Shown here piece after piece: positions 29,078 through 38,856 of a stretch of DNA of 64,000 bases. The first letter of the stretch is position 1; every line of letters starts with the position of its first letter. The position numbers and the translations under genes were made by a program. Source of the stretch: a virus. The notes below the pieces were generated by a model, which was not told where the DNA came from, did no database searches, and saw nothing but the letters and a program-made list of their open reading frames with translations. Location of the stretch: positions 32,001-96,000 of the IMG/VR virus record IMGVR_UViG_3300042330_000875; one strand, 5' to 3'.

Positions 29078-29608
29078 ATGAAAAATATTTTATTAATTTT
29101 AATGGTTGTGTGTTTTGCATCAACGGCCAATGCTCAAATTTCCCACTGGAAAAACAAAGTTGAATTTGAAGAAAATTTAATTTCTGCCAGTTCAAACGTA
29201 AAAGATTTTAAATGTTTATCGGTTGCATTATATATAGAATGTCGTGCATGTTCAGGAAAAGAAATTCATACATTAGCTCAAACATTTATCAACCGAAAAT
29301 CCAATGAAAATTTTCCTGATTCAATTTGTAAAATTTTAGATCAAAAAGATCGTTTTAAAAATAAATTGGTTAAACAATTTCCTTGGGTTTATAACAAACG
29401 AATTTTAACCAAATTTTCTATTAAAGAGGAAAATAATTGGGAAACTGTTCAAAAATACGCTTATATGGTTTTAGAAAGCACAGATTCTATCGACATTTCA
29501 AATGGTGGAATTTATTTTACGCTTCCTCATGAAGTTCAAAGTTGGACTAAAAAATTAGAAATGGTTGTAAAATTGCCTTACCATAATGTTTACAAAAACA
29601 GAGAATAG
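29078..29608 (+). CDS. Cell wall hydrolase (SleB/Hydrolase_2-like) with signal peptide
   Basis: CLSVALYIECR, INR..FPDSIC, QFPW, GGIYF. Confidence 0.75.
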   Translation: MKNILLILMVVCFASTANAQISHWKNKVEFEENLISASSNVKDFKCLSVALYIECRACSGKEIHTLAQTFINRKSNENFPDSICKILDQKDRFKNKLVKQFPWVYNKRILTKFSIKEENNWETVQKYAYMVLESTDSIDISNGGIYFTLPHEVQSWTKKLEMVVKLPYHNVYKNRE

Positions 29609-29854
29609 AAAATTTTCCATATTTATCTTGCCAAAAAGCACTTTTAGGAATAGCTTGTGTTTGTCGCTGAAAACAAATCGGCAAAATTCAAAAAATCAAG
29701 TTAAAAAGGATTGAAATTTAAAAATGCTAAAAACTAATCGTAAACATCAAAAGGATGATAACAATCAATTAACAGTTTTTAAGTGGGCTAAACCGGGTTT
29801 CGGTTTTAAAAGTTAATAAAATCTTTACACAATTTACAGGAGAAAGTATTTAAT

Positions 29855-31036
29855 ATGGCTAAAAAAACATCAATGAGCGCTACATCACTAACACAAGTTA
29901 AACCAAGTCAACTTGTAAAATTTTTACAAAATCAGCGCCGTTCAAAAACTACAGTTATGATTTGGGGTGCCCCAGGCATTGGTAAAAGTTCACTTGTACG
30001 TGATTATGCTGATTCAATTTATGGTATTCGTAACGGCAAACAAGTACAATATCGATTAGTTGATATTCGCCTTGCACAAATGGAACCTACCGATCTTCGT
30101 GGTATTCCAATTCCAGTTACCATTAGTGATCCTGATCTTGCTAAAATGGCTGGTGTTAAAGAAGGCACTACTGTTATGGTTAAATGGGCTTCACCTGAAA
30201 TGTGGCCTACTGAAAACGACGCACCAACAGTTATTTTCTTGGATGAAATGAATTCTGCACAGCAAACAATTCAAGCTGCTGCTTATCAAATTCTTCTTGA
30301 TCGTGGGATTGGTGAACTTCGTTTCCCTGAAGATACTATCATCGTCGCTGCTGGTAATCGTGAAACTGACCGTGGCGTAACATTCTCTCTTCCAACTCCG
30401 GTTCGTAATCGTGTTGCTCACGTTGAATTAATTTTTGACTTTGAAGAATGGCGTACAATTGCAACTAATAAGAATTATCATGCTCTTGTAATTGGTTATC
30501 TTTCAAAGTTTACCGATGCAACCGATGAGTTTGACCCTACTTCTTCAGAAAACGCATTTGCTACGCCCCGTACATGGCAATTCGTTTCTGATTCATTAAA
30601 TGCAAATCCTGATTTGCTTGATGATCCAATTAGTTTAGGAATTGACGTTGCTTCAAAAGTTGGCACTAAACACGCTATTCCTTTCGTTGCACACGTAAAA
30701 GATGCAAATCGAATTCCTGCACCAGAAGATATTTTCACTGGTAAAATTAAGAAAATTGGTGAAAAACTCGACGTGGGCATTCAATGGACTCTTGTTACCA
30801 TGCTTATTCAAGCATTGCGTAAAATTCCTGATAATGAAAAAATTGATGCAAAAACAAAAAACAAATACGGGGAAAATTTCCTACAATTTGTTACAGTTAA
30901 TTTCTCTAAAGAATACAACATTTTAGTTGCACGTACTGCAATGAAAGACAAAATTATTGCAGACGGCTTTGTTTGGCGTGATATGCAAATCATGACTGAT
31001 TGGGCGAATGAATACGGTCCTTACATTCGTGGTTAA
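29855..31036 (+). CDS. MoxR-like AAA+ ATPase
   Basis: WGAPGIGKS, EPTDLRGIP, FLDEMN, AAGNRETD, ATPRTW. Confidence 0.9.
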   Translation: MAKKTSMSATSLTQVKPSQLVKFLQNQRRSKTTVMIWGAPGIGKSSLVRDYADSIYGIRNGKQVQYRLVDIRLAQMEPTDLRGIPIPVTISDPDLAKMAGVKEGTTVMVKWASPEMWPTENDAPTVIFLDEMNSAQQTIQAAAYQILLDRGIGELRFPEDTIIVAAGNRETDRGVTFSLPTPVRNRVAHVELIFDFEEWRTIATNKNYHALVIGYLSKFTDATDEFDPTSSENAFATPRTWQFVSDSLNANPDLLDDPISLGIDVASKVGTKHAIPFVAHVKDANRIPAPEDIFTGKIKKIGEKLDVGIQWTLVTMLIQALRKIPDNEKIDAKTKNKYGENFLQFVTVNFSKEYNILVARTAMKDKIIADGFVWRDMQIMTDWANEYGPYIRG

Positions 31037-31084
31037 AAATTAGGAGAGATTTAATCTCTCCTAATTTATTCATAGGAGTTTTTA

Positions 31085-31636
31085 ATGGAAGAAATGTTAT
31101 TAAAAATTAAAACATCGATTATTTTATTTAAAAATCCAGAATATAGATTTTTTGTTTCTAATTTAAAAAATGTTGGTAATTCTATGGTTGATAATTTTAA
31201 AATTGAAAATAATATTTTGTTTTATAATCAAAATATTAAACAAAAATCATTTTCTGAATTAATCGATTTATTATTAGAAGAAATTAAAATTAAATTTGTT
31301 GAACCAGATTTAACTTTAAAAGATAGTATCTCAGCAATTGATGTATTTTCTGGTAATATTAAAAATTTTAATTCAAAAAATCCTTTAGGATTAATTTCAT
31401 TTCTTCTTAAAGAATTTGAAACAATTATTCAAAATAATGAAATTGACAAACAAGTGAAACAAGAATATGCTAATAATTATTTAGAATTTATTATGAATAA
31501 TTTTTCTTATGAACATAATATATTAAATTCGCGTTTAATAATGTCAAATAAAACATTATGTTATGGCGTTGATTATAGGGATTTAACTTCTATGAAAAAA
31601 CTTGCAGAAAAAGTTGGAAAATATTTACGTAATTAA
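31085..31636 (+). CDS. Chimeric protein: VWA-peptidase N-terminus fused to MoxR C-terminus
   Basis: Residues ~1-67 align to the start of 31664..32908; ~80-183 align to the end of 29855..31036. Confidence 0.75.
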   Translation: MEEMLLKIKTSIILFKNPEYRFFVSNLKNVGNSMVDNFKIENNILFYNQNIKQKSFSELIDLLLEEIKIKFVEPDLTLKDSISAIDVFSGNIKNFNSKNPLGLISFLLKEFETIIQNNEIDKQVKQEYANNYLEFIMNNFSYEHNILNSRLIMSNKTLCYGVDYRDLTSMKKLAEKVGKYLRN

Positions 31637-31663
31637 ATTTAAAAAAGAAAAGAGGTAATTTAT

Positions 31664-32908
31664 ATGGCAAATGATCCAGTTGAAGTTATGATTATGAAAG
31701 CTAAAAGCTTTATCATGATGCATAACCCTTTTATGGCCCCACTTATTGCTAGTTTAATTTCTGTTGATGCTTCTACTTGGCTTCAAACGATGGCAACCGA
31801 TGGTTTAAGATTATATTACAATCGAGACTTTGTTTTAAAACGTCCAATTGGCGAATTGATCTTTATTTGTGCTCATGAAGTTTTACATTGTGCATATGAT
31901 CACATTGGGCGCGGGTATGGTAGTTATGATCGTAATATTATGAATATGGCGATGGATTATCGTATCAATTACGATATTGTTGCATGGAATGAAAAACTCA
32001 GTAAAGACAAAGTATTAGGAGTTTGTCCTAAAGATGCACTTTACGATAAAAAATACGATGAAGATTGGGTTTCTGAAGCAATTTATCATGACCTTATGAA
32101 AAATTCAGTTTCATTTAAAGTTGGTTTTGATGAACACCTTGATTTAGAAGGTGGTGAAGGTGAAGATGAAAACGATGGTGATGGTAAAGAAGGCGCAACC
32201 GTTACAGTTTTGGGGAAAAATGGTCCACCAAAATTAAGTGCAGAAGAAATTGAAAAAATGCGACAAGAAGTTCGTAATCGTGTTATTTCTGCTGCTGTTG
32301 CCGCTGGTGCAGGCAATGTTCCTGCTGGTATCCAACGAGCATTAGGTGAATTACTTGATCCTAAATTAGATTGGCGTAGCTTACTTGAATGCTTTGTAAA
32401 ATCAATGCTAAAAAGCGACTATACATTTACACGCCCAAATCGCCGTAGTTGGAGTATGCCCGGTGGTATTATTTTACCAGGACAAAAAAACGATACTACA
32501 GTAAAAGTGCATTGTTGCATTGATACATCTGGTTCTATGACTGATGAAATGCTTCGTGAATTTTTATCAGAAGTAAAAGGCATTATGACGCAGTTTAAAG
32601 ATTTTGAACTTTATCTTTGGACTTTCGACACTCGTGTTTATAACTTCCAAAAATTCACTATGGCAAATGCTAATGATATTGATTCATATGTTCCTGGTGG
32701 CGGCGGTGGTACAAGTTTTGAAGTTAATTTTGATTTTATGAAAGAAAATCAAATTGTTCCTGATCGATTTGTAATGTTTACTGATGGTTATCCAAATGAT
32801 AGCTGGGGTGATCCAAATTATTGCGATAGCTTGTTTATTGTTTATGGACAAGGGGCACCAAAATCACCATATGGACAAACTGTTCCTTATGAACGTTTAG
32901 GGAAATAA
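31664..32908 (+). CDS. Metallopeptidase-VWA domain protein (DUF2201-like), MoxR partner
   Basis: TMATDG, HEVLH (HExxH), MIDAS DTSGSM, GGGGTSF, FTDG. Confidence 0.9.
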   Translation: MANDPVEVMIMKAKSFIMMHNPFMAPLIASLISVDASTWLQTMATDGLRLYYNRDFVLKRPIGELIFICAHEVLHCAYDHIGRGYGSYDRNIMNMAMDYRINYDIVAWNEKLSKDKVLGVCPKDALYDKKYDEDWVSEAIYHDLMKNSVSFKVGFDEHLDLEGGEGEDENDGDGKEGATVTVLGKNGPPKLSAEEIEKMRQEVRNRVISAAVAAGAGNVPAGIQRALGELLDPKLDWRSLLECFVKSMLKSDYTFTRPNRRSWSMPGGIILPGQKNDTTVKVHCCIDTSGSMTDEMLREFLSEVKGIMTQFKDFELYLWTFDTRVYNFQKFTMANANDIDSYVPGGGGGTSFEVNFDFMKENQIVPDRFVMFTDGYPNDSWGDPNYCDSLFIVYGQGAPKSPYGQTVPYERLGK

Positions 32909-32938
32909 AATGGGGAGAAATCCCCATTTTTTATTGAT

Positions 32939-33276
32939 ATGAGTTACGTTTATTACATTGATGGTAAAAAACATCTAAGTGAAAATAGAAATGAAAAAAA
33001 TTCCTTGGCTTAGAATTTCTTCACCAGATGACAATACGCCAGCATTAGAAGACTTATCTGATGGATATAAGTTTTGGTGTTTAAAAGGATATGTTTGGCA
33101 TCGCTTAACTGGTCCTGCTGAAATTTATCCAAACGGAAATTTATTATATGGTTTGAATGGAAGAATATTTAGAAACATAAAAGGGTGGATTAAAAAATCA
33201 TCCAAATCCAGAACTTTATTTTGATGCAATTGATTTGAATGAAACCGATAGAGTTCTTTGGTATTTGAAAAATTAG
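32939..33276 (+). pseudogene. HRLTGPA family copy 12 (tail P), two +1 frameshifts in poly-A runs
   Basis: MSYVYYIDGKK from ATG 32939; shifts at A7 (32994-33000) and A6 (33192-33197); tail ETDRVLWYLKN in a third frame. Confidence 0.8.
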
Positions 33277-33388
33277 TTTTAAAGCGATTTAAAGCCTATT
33301 AAGTTAATTAAGCACCCAACTACCTAACTCAATCCAACCCCCTCTGTAATGTGCCTCTAATCGCATTTAAACAGCTATTTGAAAGAAA
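33277..33388. repeat. Intergenic repeat R1, copy 3 (inverted)
   Basis: TTTTAAAGCGATTTAAAGCC...GTGCCTCTAATCGCATTTAAACAGCTATTTGAAAGAA. Confidence 0.85.
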
Positions 33389-33393
33389 ACTAA

Positions 33394-33726
33394 ATGACAC
33401 ATGTTTATTATATTGATGGAAAGAAATTTACAACAAATAATTATGGTGATATTCCTCGGTATGAAATTTCATCACCAAATGAAGAAACACCAGCTTATGA
33501 AGACACAATTGCTGGTTATAAAGAATGGCACGAAAAAGATTGGATTATTCATAGATTAACCGGACCTGCGAGAATTTGGCCTGATGGAAAAGAAGATTTT
33601 TATTTAAATGATAAAAGATATGAAAATGTAAAAGAATGGTTAAAGGATCATCCAAATCCCGATTTGTATTTTGATGCCTTGGGTATGAATGAAACTGATA
33701 AGGTTCTTTGGTATTTGAAAAATTAA
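33394..33726 (+). CDS. HRLTGPA family protein copy 13 (tail P)
   Basis: Family motifs. Confidence 0.85.
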   Translation: MTHVYYIDGKKFTTNNYGDIPRYEISSPNEETPAYEDTIAGYKEWHEKDWIIHRLTGPARIWPDGKEDFYLNDKRYENVKEWLKDHPNPDLYFDALGMNETDKVLWYLKN

Positions 33727-33754
33727 AAAGAGGGAAAGTTAACTTTCCCTCTTT
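33725..33754. terminator. Bidirectional terminator between convergent genes
   Basis: AAAAGAGGGAAAGTTAACTTTCCCTCTTTT. Confidence 0.8.
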
Positions 33755-33758
33755 TCTT

Positions 33759-34067
33759 TTAGATAATAAATTTATTTGGATTTGTTATAATCCCACTAAA
33801 TTGTTCCAAGTAAGGTTGTGATAATTCAGCATCAGCTAAAATAGGTCCAAAAAGAATATTGGAATACCCAATTGGAACTAATGGTTTTTTTTCTTTAGTA
33901 ATTATAACAGGCATAAATCCCATTTGAGTTTCAGTAACCGCTAACATTTGTGGATTTTCCATTACTAATTTTTGATTTTCCACATAGTCGTGACATTTAC
34001 CAATAATCATTTGCCCATTGCTCATAACTACTTGAATAATTTTATCTTTTAAATTTGATTGTAACAT
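33759..34067 (-). CDS. Conserved phage protein, possible Sm-like fold
   Basis: IIQVVMSNGQMIIGK..LVMENP pattern. Confidence 0.55.
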   Translation of the reverse strand: MLQSNLKDKIIQVVMSNGQMIIGKCHDYVENQKLVMENPQMLAVTETQMGFMPVIITKEKKPLVPIGYSNILFGPILADAELSQPYLEQFSGIITNPNKFII

Positions 34068-34120
34068 TGTTTTTTCCTCTATTTTTTATAGAATAGATAA
34101 AAGTTTAATAAAATTCAATA

Positions 34121-34732
34121 TTAAAAAGATATTTTTTTATTTCTTAAAAAATGATTATAATATTCATTTATATCATGATTTTTTTGATTATCATTATAAT
34201 TTAATAACCATTTGATTATATTAGGTTTTTTTAATTTTTCATTTTGTAAATTAAAAATATCTGTTTTAAAAAACGGTAATATTGTTTTACAATCATCTTC
34301 ATGTGAAAAATATTCTACAAAATCTTTTTTAATAATAGGCATACTTCCGTATGCTCTAATTTTCACATTAAAACCAATAGAGTTTAATCTTTCAGCTAAT
34401 AAGATAGCTAAAATAATACTATTGCCCCAACAAACAATAGTAAATTCTTTATAAGATAATTTTGTTAACTCATTAAAGATTTTATTTATTTCTTTATCTT
34501 TGTTTGTGTTTTTTGGTAATTTTAAAAAATGTTTTTTAACAATTGAAATTATATTATCTTTATTTGTGAAATTTTCACTTATAGCCAAAACCGAATCAGC
34601 TTGGGTAAACATTGATATTTTTAAGTTATCATAAATGTGAAAAGGTATTACACGAATTTCTTGTTCATAAAACAAGTTCGTATAATACCCAAATGGTAAA
34701 CTTAAAGAGTGTAAAAATAATAAATCGTTCAC
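34121..34732 (-). CDS. Hypothetical protein, degenerate class-3 lipase-like
   Basis: GNSIILAILLA..AYGSMP..HDINEY echo the lipase_3 layout without a canonical GxSxG. Confidence 0.35.
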   Translation of the reverse strand: MNDLLFLHSLSLPFGYYTNLFYEQEIRVIPFHIYDNLKISMFTQADSVLAISENFTNKDNIISIVKKHFLKLPKNTNKDKEINKIFNELTKLSYKEFTIVCWGNSIILAILLAERLNSIGFNVKIRAYGSMPIIKKDFVEYFSHEDDCKTILPFFKTDIFNLQNEKLKKPNIIKWLLNYNDNQKNHDINEYYNHFLRNKKISF

Positions 34733-34740
34733 ATGACTAT

Positions 34741-34986
34741 TTAAAAACTATAGGAATAATTCCACTTTTCCCAAATTTGTTCGTATTTTGGATAAGCATA
34801 AACGCAGCGTAAAGTCCAATCTTGATTAAGATTGTCAATTTCTTTTGATTTATTATCCATTTGTTTCATACAATGATCAGAAGAAATTTCAACTGAAACA
34901 ATTTCATGTGAAAGATTCTTATTGCTAAGTGCATTGCCAGGAACAGTGGCAAAACTTGCAAGAAGAAACCAAACGCCAATTTCCAT
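34741..34986 (-). CDS. Small exported hypothetical protein
   Basis: Hydrophobic N-terminus, two Cys; RBS AAGGAG. Confidence 0.6.
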   Translation of the reverse strand: MEIGVWFLLASFATVPGNALSNKNLSHEIVSVEISSDHCMKQMDNKSKEIDNLNQDWTLRCVYAYPKYEQIWEKWNYSYSF

Positions 34987-35061
34987 AATTTTTCTCCTTT
35001 TGTTAGATTATTAAAATAATAGATTTTGCATTTTTGTCAATGTTTTTGTTAAGATAAATTT

Positions 35062-35394
35062 ATGAGATACATTTATTACATTGATGGTGAAAAATTTACA
35101 ACCGATAGAGAAGATATTCCTTGGGAAGATATATATTCACCTAATGATAATACATCCGCTTTTGAAAATTTATTAACTGGTCATAAAATTTGGTGTAAAA
35201 GAGGATTTATTCGTCATTGTTTAATCGGACCAGCAACAATTTGGCCTGATGGATCAGAATATTTTTTTATAAATGGTGAACCATATGAAAATATTCATGA
35301 TTGGTTAAAAGATCACCCAAATCCAACATTATATTTTCATAAAATTGGAGTTTTTACAGAAACCGATAAAGTTCTTTGGTACTTACAAAATTAA
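35062..35394 (+). CDS. HRLTGPA family protein copy 14 (tail P, motif variant HCLIGPA)
   Basis: Family motifs. Confidence 0.85.
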   Translation: MRYIYYIDGEKFTTDREDIPWEDIYSPNDNTSAFENLLTGHKIWCKRGFIRHCLIGPATIWPDGSEYFFINGEPYENIHDWLKDHPNPTLYFHKIGVFTETDKVLWYLQN

Positions 35395-35411
35395 AAAGAG
35401 GAAATTAAAAA

Positions 35412-35876
35412 ATGTTTTATTATAAAATTACAACAGAAGAAAATGGTTTAAGTGTTATAGCCGATGCTATTGAATTTTATGAAAAGGAAATTCAAGACGC
35501 TAAAACAACATTAAATTTAAAAAATAAAAATTTAAAAGATGTTTCACGAGATTTAGGAAGTTGGACAGAATATTATTATGGACAATTCCAAGATTTAGAA
35601 ATGATAATTAAATGGTTAGAACTTCAACTTGAACGCGCAAGAAGCAATCATTATAGAAATTATACTAATTTGAAAAATCGTGCTTATACCGACCGTCAAA
35701 TTGAAAAATTAATTGATGGTGAACAAGATGTTTATGATTTTAATTTATTAGTTAATCAAGTTGCATTGACAAGAAATAAATTGTCTGGTATAATGAAAGC
35801 GTTAGAAGCGATGAATTATCAACTTAGTAACATAACAAAACTTATAACCGCTGGTATGGAAGATGCGAGGCTTTAA
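35412..35876 (+). CDS. uvsY: Recombination mediator UvsY-like
   Basis: Helical protein with RAYTDRQIEKLIDGE..IMKALE..QLSNITKL; lies near uvsW. Confidence 0.7.
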   Translation: MFYYKITTEENGLSVIADAIEFYEKEIQDAKTTLNLKNKNLKDVSRDLGSWTEYYYGQFQDLEMIIKWLELQLERARSNHYRNYTNLKNRAYTDRQIEKLIDGEQDVYDFNLLVNQVALTRNKLSGIMKALEAMNYQLSNITKLITAGMEDARL

Positions 35877-36955
35877 TGCAAAATTTTAATTCAATGACTG
35901 ATTTAGCCATTTTAGTTAATTACATTATTACAAATGGTATTTATTGGGATAAAACGAATTTTGATGAAAACCAAATTTTAAAAAACTTTAATTCTTTAGG
36001 AACTTGGGATAGTAATTTTCTTAAAGATCGGTTAAAAAATTTTCATCAATCAACGATGTTAACCGATAAACAAATCGCTAATTTAACTAGAATTTTAAAT
36101 AATCTTTTAAATGATCAATCTTGTTTTCAATCAATTCTTAATAAAAATGAATGGGAAAATCCTGTTTATGAAAGTAAACCAATTGAATTAAAGGCAAGAT
36201 TTGAAAATAATTCTATTATTTTTCAATGTAAACCTTATCAAGCAAAAACAATTGCTGAACAAGTTTTAGTTTATCAATTACAAGATAATCTTTTTATGAT
36301 GCCTTTAAATTCAAGAAATGTTGAAGTAGTTGATAAAATTTTTATGAATAGTTTTGAGTTTGAAGTTTCTCAAGAATTAATTGATTATGTAGAAAACATT
36401 CCTAATCCAAATGAAATAAGATTTTACATTAAAAACGATAATTTATTTGGATATGAAACTGATTTAAGGTTAAATCATGGATGGTTTGAAAATGCTAATA
36501 TTTATTTAAGAACTAATTTTTTAAGAAATGAAATTAAAAAATATGATATAGTTACAAACATAAATGATTTTTCAGATTATTTTATTGATCCTTTTGAAAA
36601 AGCAAAAAATCGTTTTGATAAAATGAAATATATTATCATTAATTATGATGATTCACATTCGAGAAAATTGGTTGATTTTATTGAAAATTTAAATGAAAAT
36701 GAATACATTTGTTATGATGATGAAATTTACAATGCACTAAAACCAAATTTAATTAATATGATTGAATGGAATAAGAAAAGTGATCGTTGGAATTTTGCAG
36801 ATTATCATAAGCGTTCTTTTATAACCAAAGGTTATTATGATAATTCATTTAGAATGCTTCATGGGATTATTGGTAAATTAACAACCAGTACAATTGTTTT
36901 ACGCCCATTTAATAATTTTACTGAAACTCAGCGATTTGCACAATGTTCAATATAA
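35876..36955 (+). CDS. Hypothetical protein
   Basis: 359-aa coupled ORF. Confidence 0.75.
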   Translation: MQNFNSMTDLAILVNYIITNGIYWDKTNFDENQILKNFNSLGTWDSNFLKDRLKNFHQSTMLTDKQIANLTRILNNLLNDQSCFQSILNKNEWENPVYESKPIELKARFENNSIIFQCKPYQAKTIAEQVLVYQLQDNLFMMPLNSRNVEVVDKIFMNSFEFEVSQELIDYVENIPNPNEIRFYIKNDNLFGYETDLRLNHGWFENANIYLRTNFLRNEIKKYDIVTNINDFSDYFIDPFEKAKNRFDKMKYIIINYDDSHSRKLVDFIENLNENEYICYDDEIYNALKPNLINMIEWNKKSDRWNFADYHKRSFITKGYYDNSFRMLHGIIGKLTTSTIVLRPFNNFTETQRFAQCSI

Positions 36956-36980
36956 AAGGGGAAAATTAATTTTCCCCTTT
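36954..36980. terminator. Bidirectional terminator
   Basis: AAAAGGGGAAAATTAATTTTCCCCTTTT. Confidence 0.8.
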
Positions 36981-36984
36981 TCTT

Positions 36985-37287
36985 TTAGTTCCAAAGTTTA
37001 AGCATTTCTTTCTTGAAAGCTTCGTCTTGATTTGGATGGTATTTTAGCCATTCATCAACATTTTCATATGGTTGATCATTTAACCAAAATTCTTTCCCAT
37101 CTGACCAAATAATGGCAGGTCCAGTTAATCGATGCCAAATATTTCCTTTTTCACACCATCGTTTATAACCAGTTTCTAAATTTTCAAATGCTGGCGTATT
37201 TTCATCGAGTGATGAAATATCATGTCTAGGAATATTATTAAAATCATCGGTTAAAAATTCTTTTCCATCAATATAAAATTTATACAT
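36985..37287 (-). CDS. HRLTGPA family protein copy 15 (tail K)
   Basis: Family motifs; start ATG 37287 after AAGGAG. Confidence 0.85.
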   Translation of the reverse strand: MYKFYIDGKEFLTDDFNNIPRHDISSLDENTPAFENLETGYKRWCEKGNIWHRLTGPAIIWSDGKEFWLNDQPYENVDEWLKYHPNQDEAFKKEMLKLWN

Positions 37288-37410
37288 GTTATTTCTCCTT
37301 GTTAAAAACAATCAAGAATAAAATGAAATAATAAAAAAGTCAAACAATTAAAATTTAAATTTTGTATTTTTATTCATTAACTGTTATTTTTAAAAAATAA
37401 GAGGTAACAA

Positions 37411-38856
37411 ATGAATAAAACAACTTTAATAATAAAAGATCAAGTAAACATAAGATTTACCGATTTAGACCCTGCAACAAGAAGACAATTAAACGCAGCA
37501 GTAAAATATTTTATTCCATCAGCTAAACATGCTATGAGTTATAAACTTGGTCATTGGGATGGAGCTACTAGCTATTGTGATATTGCAGGCAATAGCTTTC
37601 TTAATTTACTTCCTAAATTACTTCCAATTGTAGAACAAAACAAGTACGAAGTTATTTTAGATGATCGCCGTAGAACAATTCCAGAACTAACAAAAAGAGT
37701 GGATGAAAATTATCTTTCTCATTTAACTTGGCCTATTGGTCATCCAGCAGAAAATCAACCTATTATTTTACGTTCTCATCAAGTAGAAATTATCAATGGT
37801 ATGCTTTCAACTCCACAAGGTATTTTTCTTGCTGCAACAGGGGCAGGAAAAACATTATGTTTAGCAACTTTATGTTCAATAGTTGAAACTTATGGAAAAA
37901 CATTAACCATCGTTCCTAACAGAGATTTGGTTACACAAACTGAAGAAGATTTTAAACTTCTTGGTTTAGATGTTGGCGTTTATTATGGCGGAAGAAAAGA
38001 AGTAGGTCATCAACATACTGTTGCAACTTGGCAAAGCTTTAGTAAATTAAGCAAAAAGAAAAAAGACATTGATTTTCCAATTGAAACTTATGCTGAAGAA
38101 TTAGCAGCAGTAATTGTTGATGAAACACATCTTGGTAAGTCAAATGAAATCAAAACTTTATTAACTGATTATTTAAGTGATGTTCCTTTACGTTGGGGAT
38201 TAACAGGTACATTACCAAAAGAAGAAATAGATCAAGTTTCTTTATTATGCAGTATTGGTGATGTTATCGGGCAAGTAACAGCCAAACAATTACAAGATAC
38301 AAAAGTATTAAGCACTTGTGAAATAAAAATTATTGAAACAAAAGAAAATAATAAATTTACTGATTATCATGAAGAATATAAATTTGCTACAACTGATAAA
38401 GCAAGATTAAATAAAGTATCAAAAATTATTAATGATGAAATTATTAATAATGGAAATACATTGATATTAGTTAATAATATTGAAACTGGTAAACAATTAG
38501 AACAATTAATACCAGGAAGTAAATTTATATCAGGTGGAACTAAAAACAAAGATCGTATGGCAGAATATTTGAGTTTTAAAACTGAAAATGAAAAACCTTT
38601 GATTGCAACATTTGGTATTGCTGCGGTTGGTTTAAATATTGCCAGACTTTTTAATGTGGTTTTATTTGAACCTGGAAAATCATATGTAAAAGTAATTCAA
38701 AGTATTGGTCGTGGGTTAAGAATGGCAAAAGATAAAACCCATGTTAGGATATTTGATATATGTTCTAATATGAAATATTCTAAACGTCATACTGAACAAA
38801 GAATTGCCTATTATAAAGAAGCTGAATATCCATTTGAGAGAACAAAACATGATTAA
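37411..38856 (+). CDS. uvsW: UvsW-like superfamily 2 DNA helicase
   Basis: ATGAGKT, VDETH, GLTGT, QSIGRGLR. Confidence 0.9.
   Translation: MNKTTLIIKDQVNIRFTDLDPATRRQLNAAVKYFIPSAKHAMSYKLGHWDGATSYCDIAGNSFLNLLPKLLPIVEQNKYEVILDDRRRTIPELTKRVDENYLSHLTWPIGHPAENQPIILRSHQVEIINGMLSTPQGIFLAATGAGKTLCLATLCSIVETYGKTLTIVPNRDLVTQTEEDFKLLGLDVGVYYGGRKEVGHQHTVATWQSFSKLSKKKKDIDFPIETYAEELAAVIVDETHLGKSNEIKTLLTDYLSDVPLRWGLTGTLPKEEIDQVSLLCSIGDVIGQVTAKQLQDTKVLSTCEIKIIETKENNKFTDYHEEYKFATTDKARLNKVSKIINDEIINNGNTLILVNNIETGKQLEQLIPGSKFISGGTKNKDRMAEYLSFKTENEKPLIATFGIAAVGLNIARLFNVVLFEPGKSYVKVIQSIGRGLRMAKDKTHVRIFDICSNMKYSKRHTEQRIAYYKEAEYPFERTKHD

Noticed and set aside
29610-29854. Riboswitch or leader peptide upstream of moxR
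   Set aside because: Only a weak promoter, a small hairpin and short ORFs without a convincing start; no recognisable motif.
8762-33388. Bona fide integron attC array
   Set aside because: No RYYYAAC/GTTRRRY boxes and no integrase in the window; most family copies lack R1. Kept only as an unexplained repeat.
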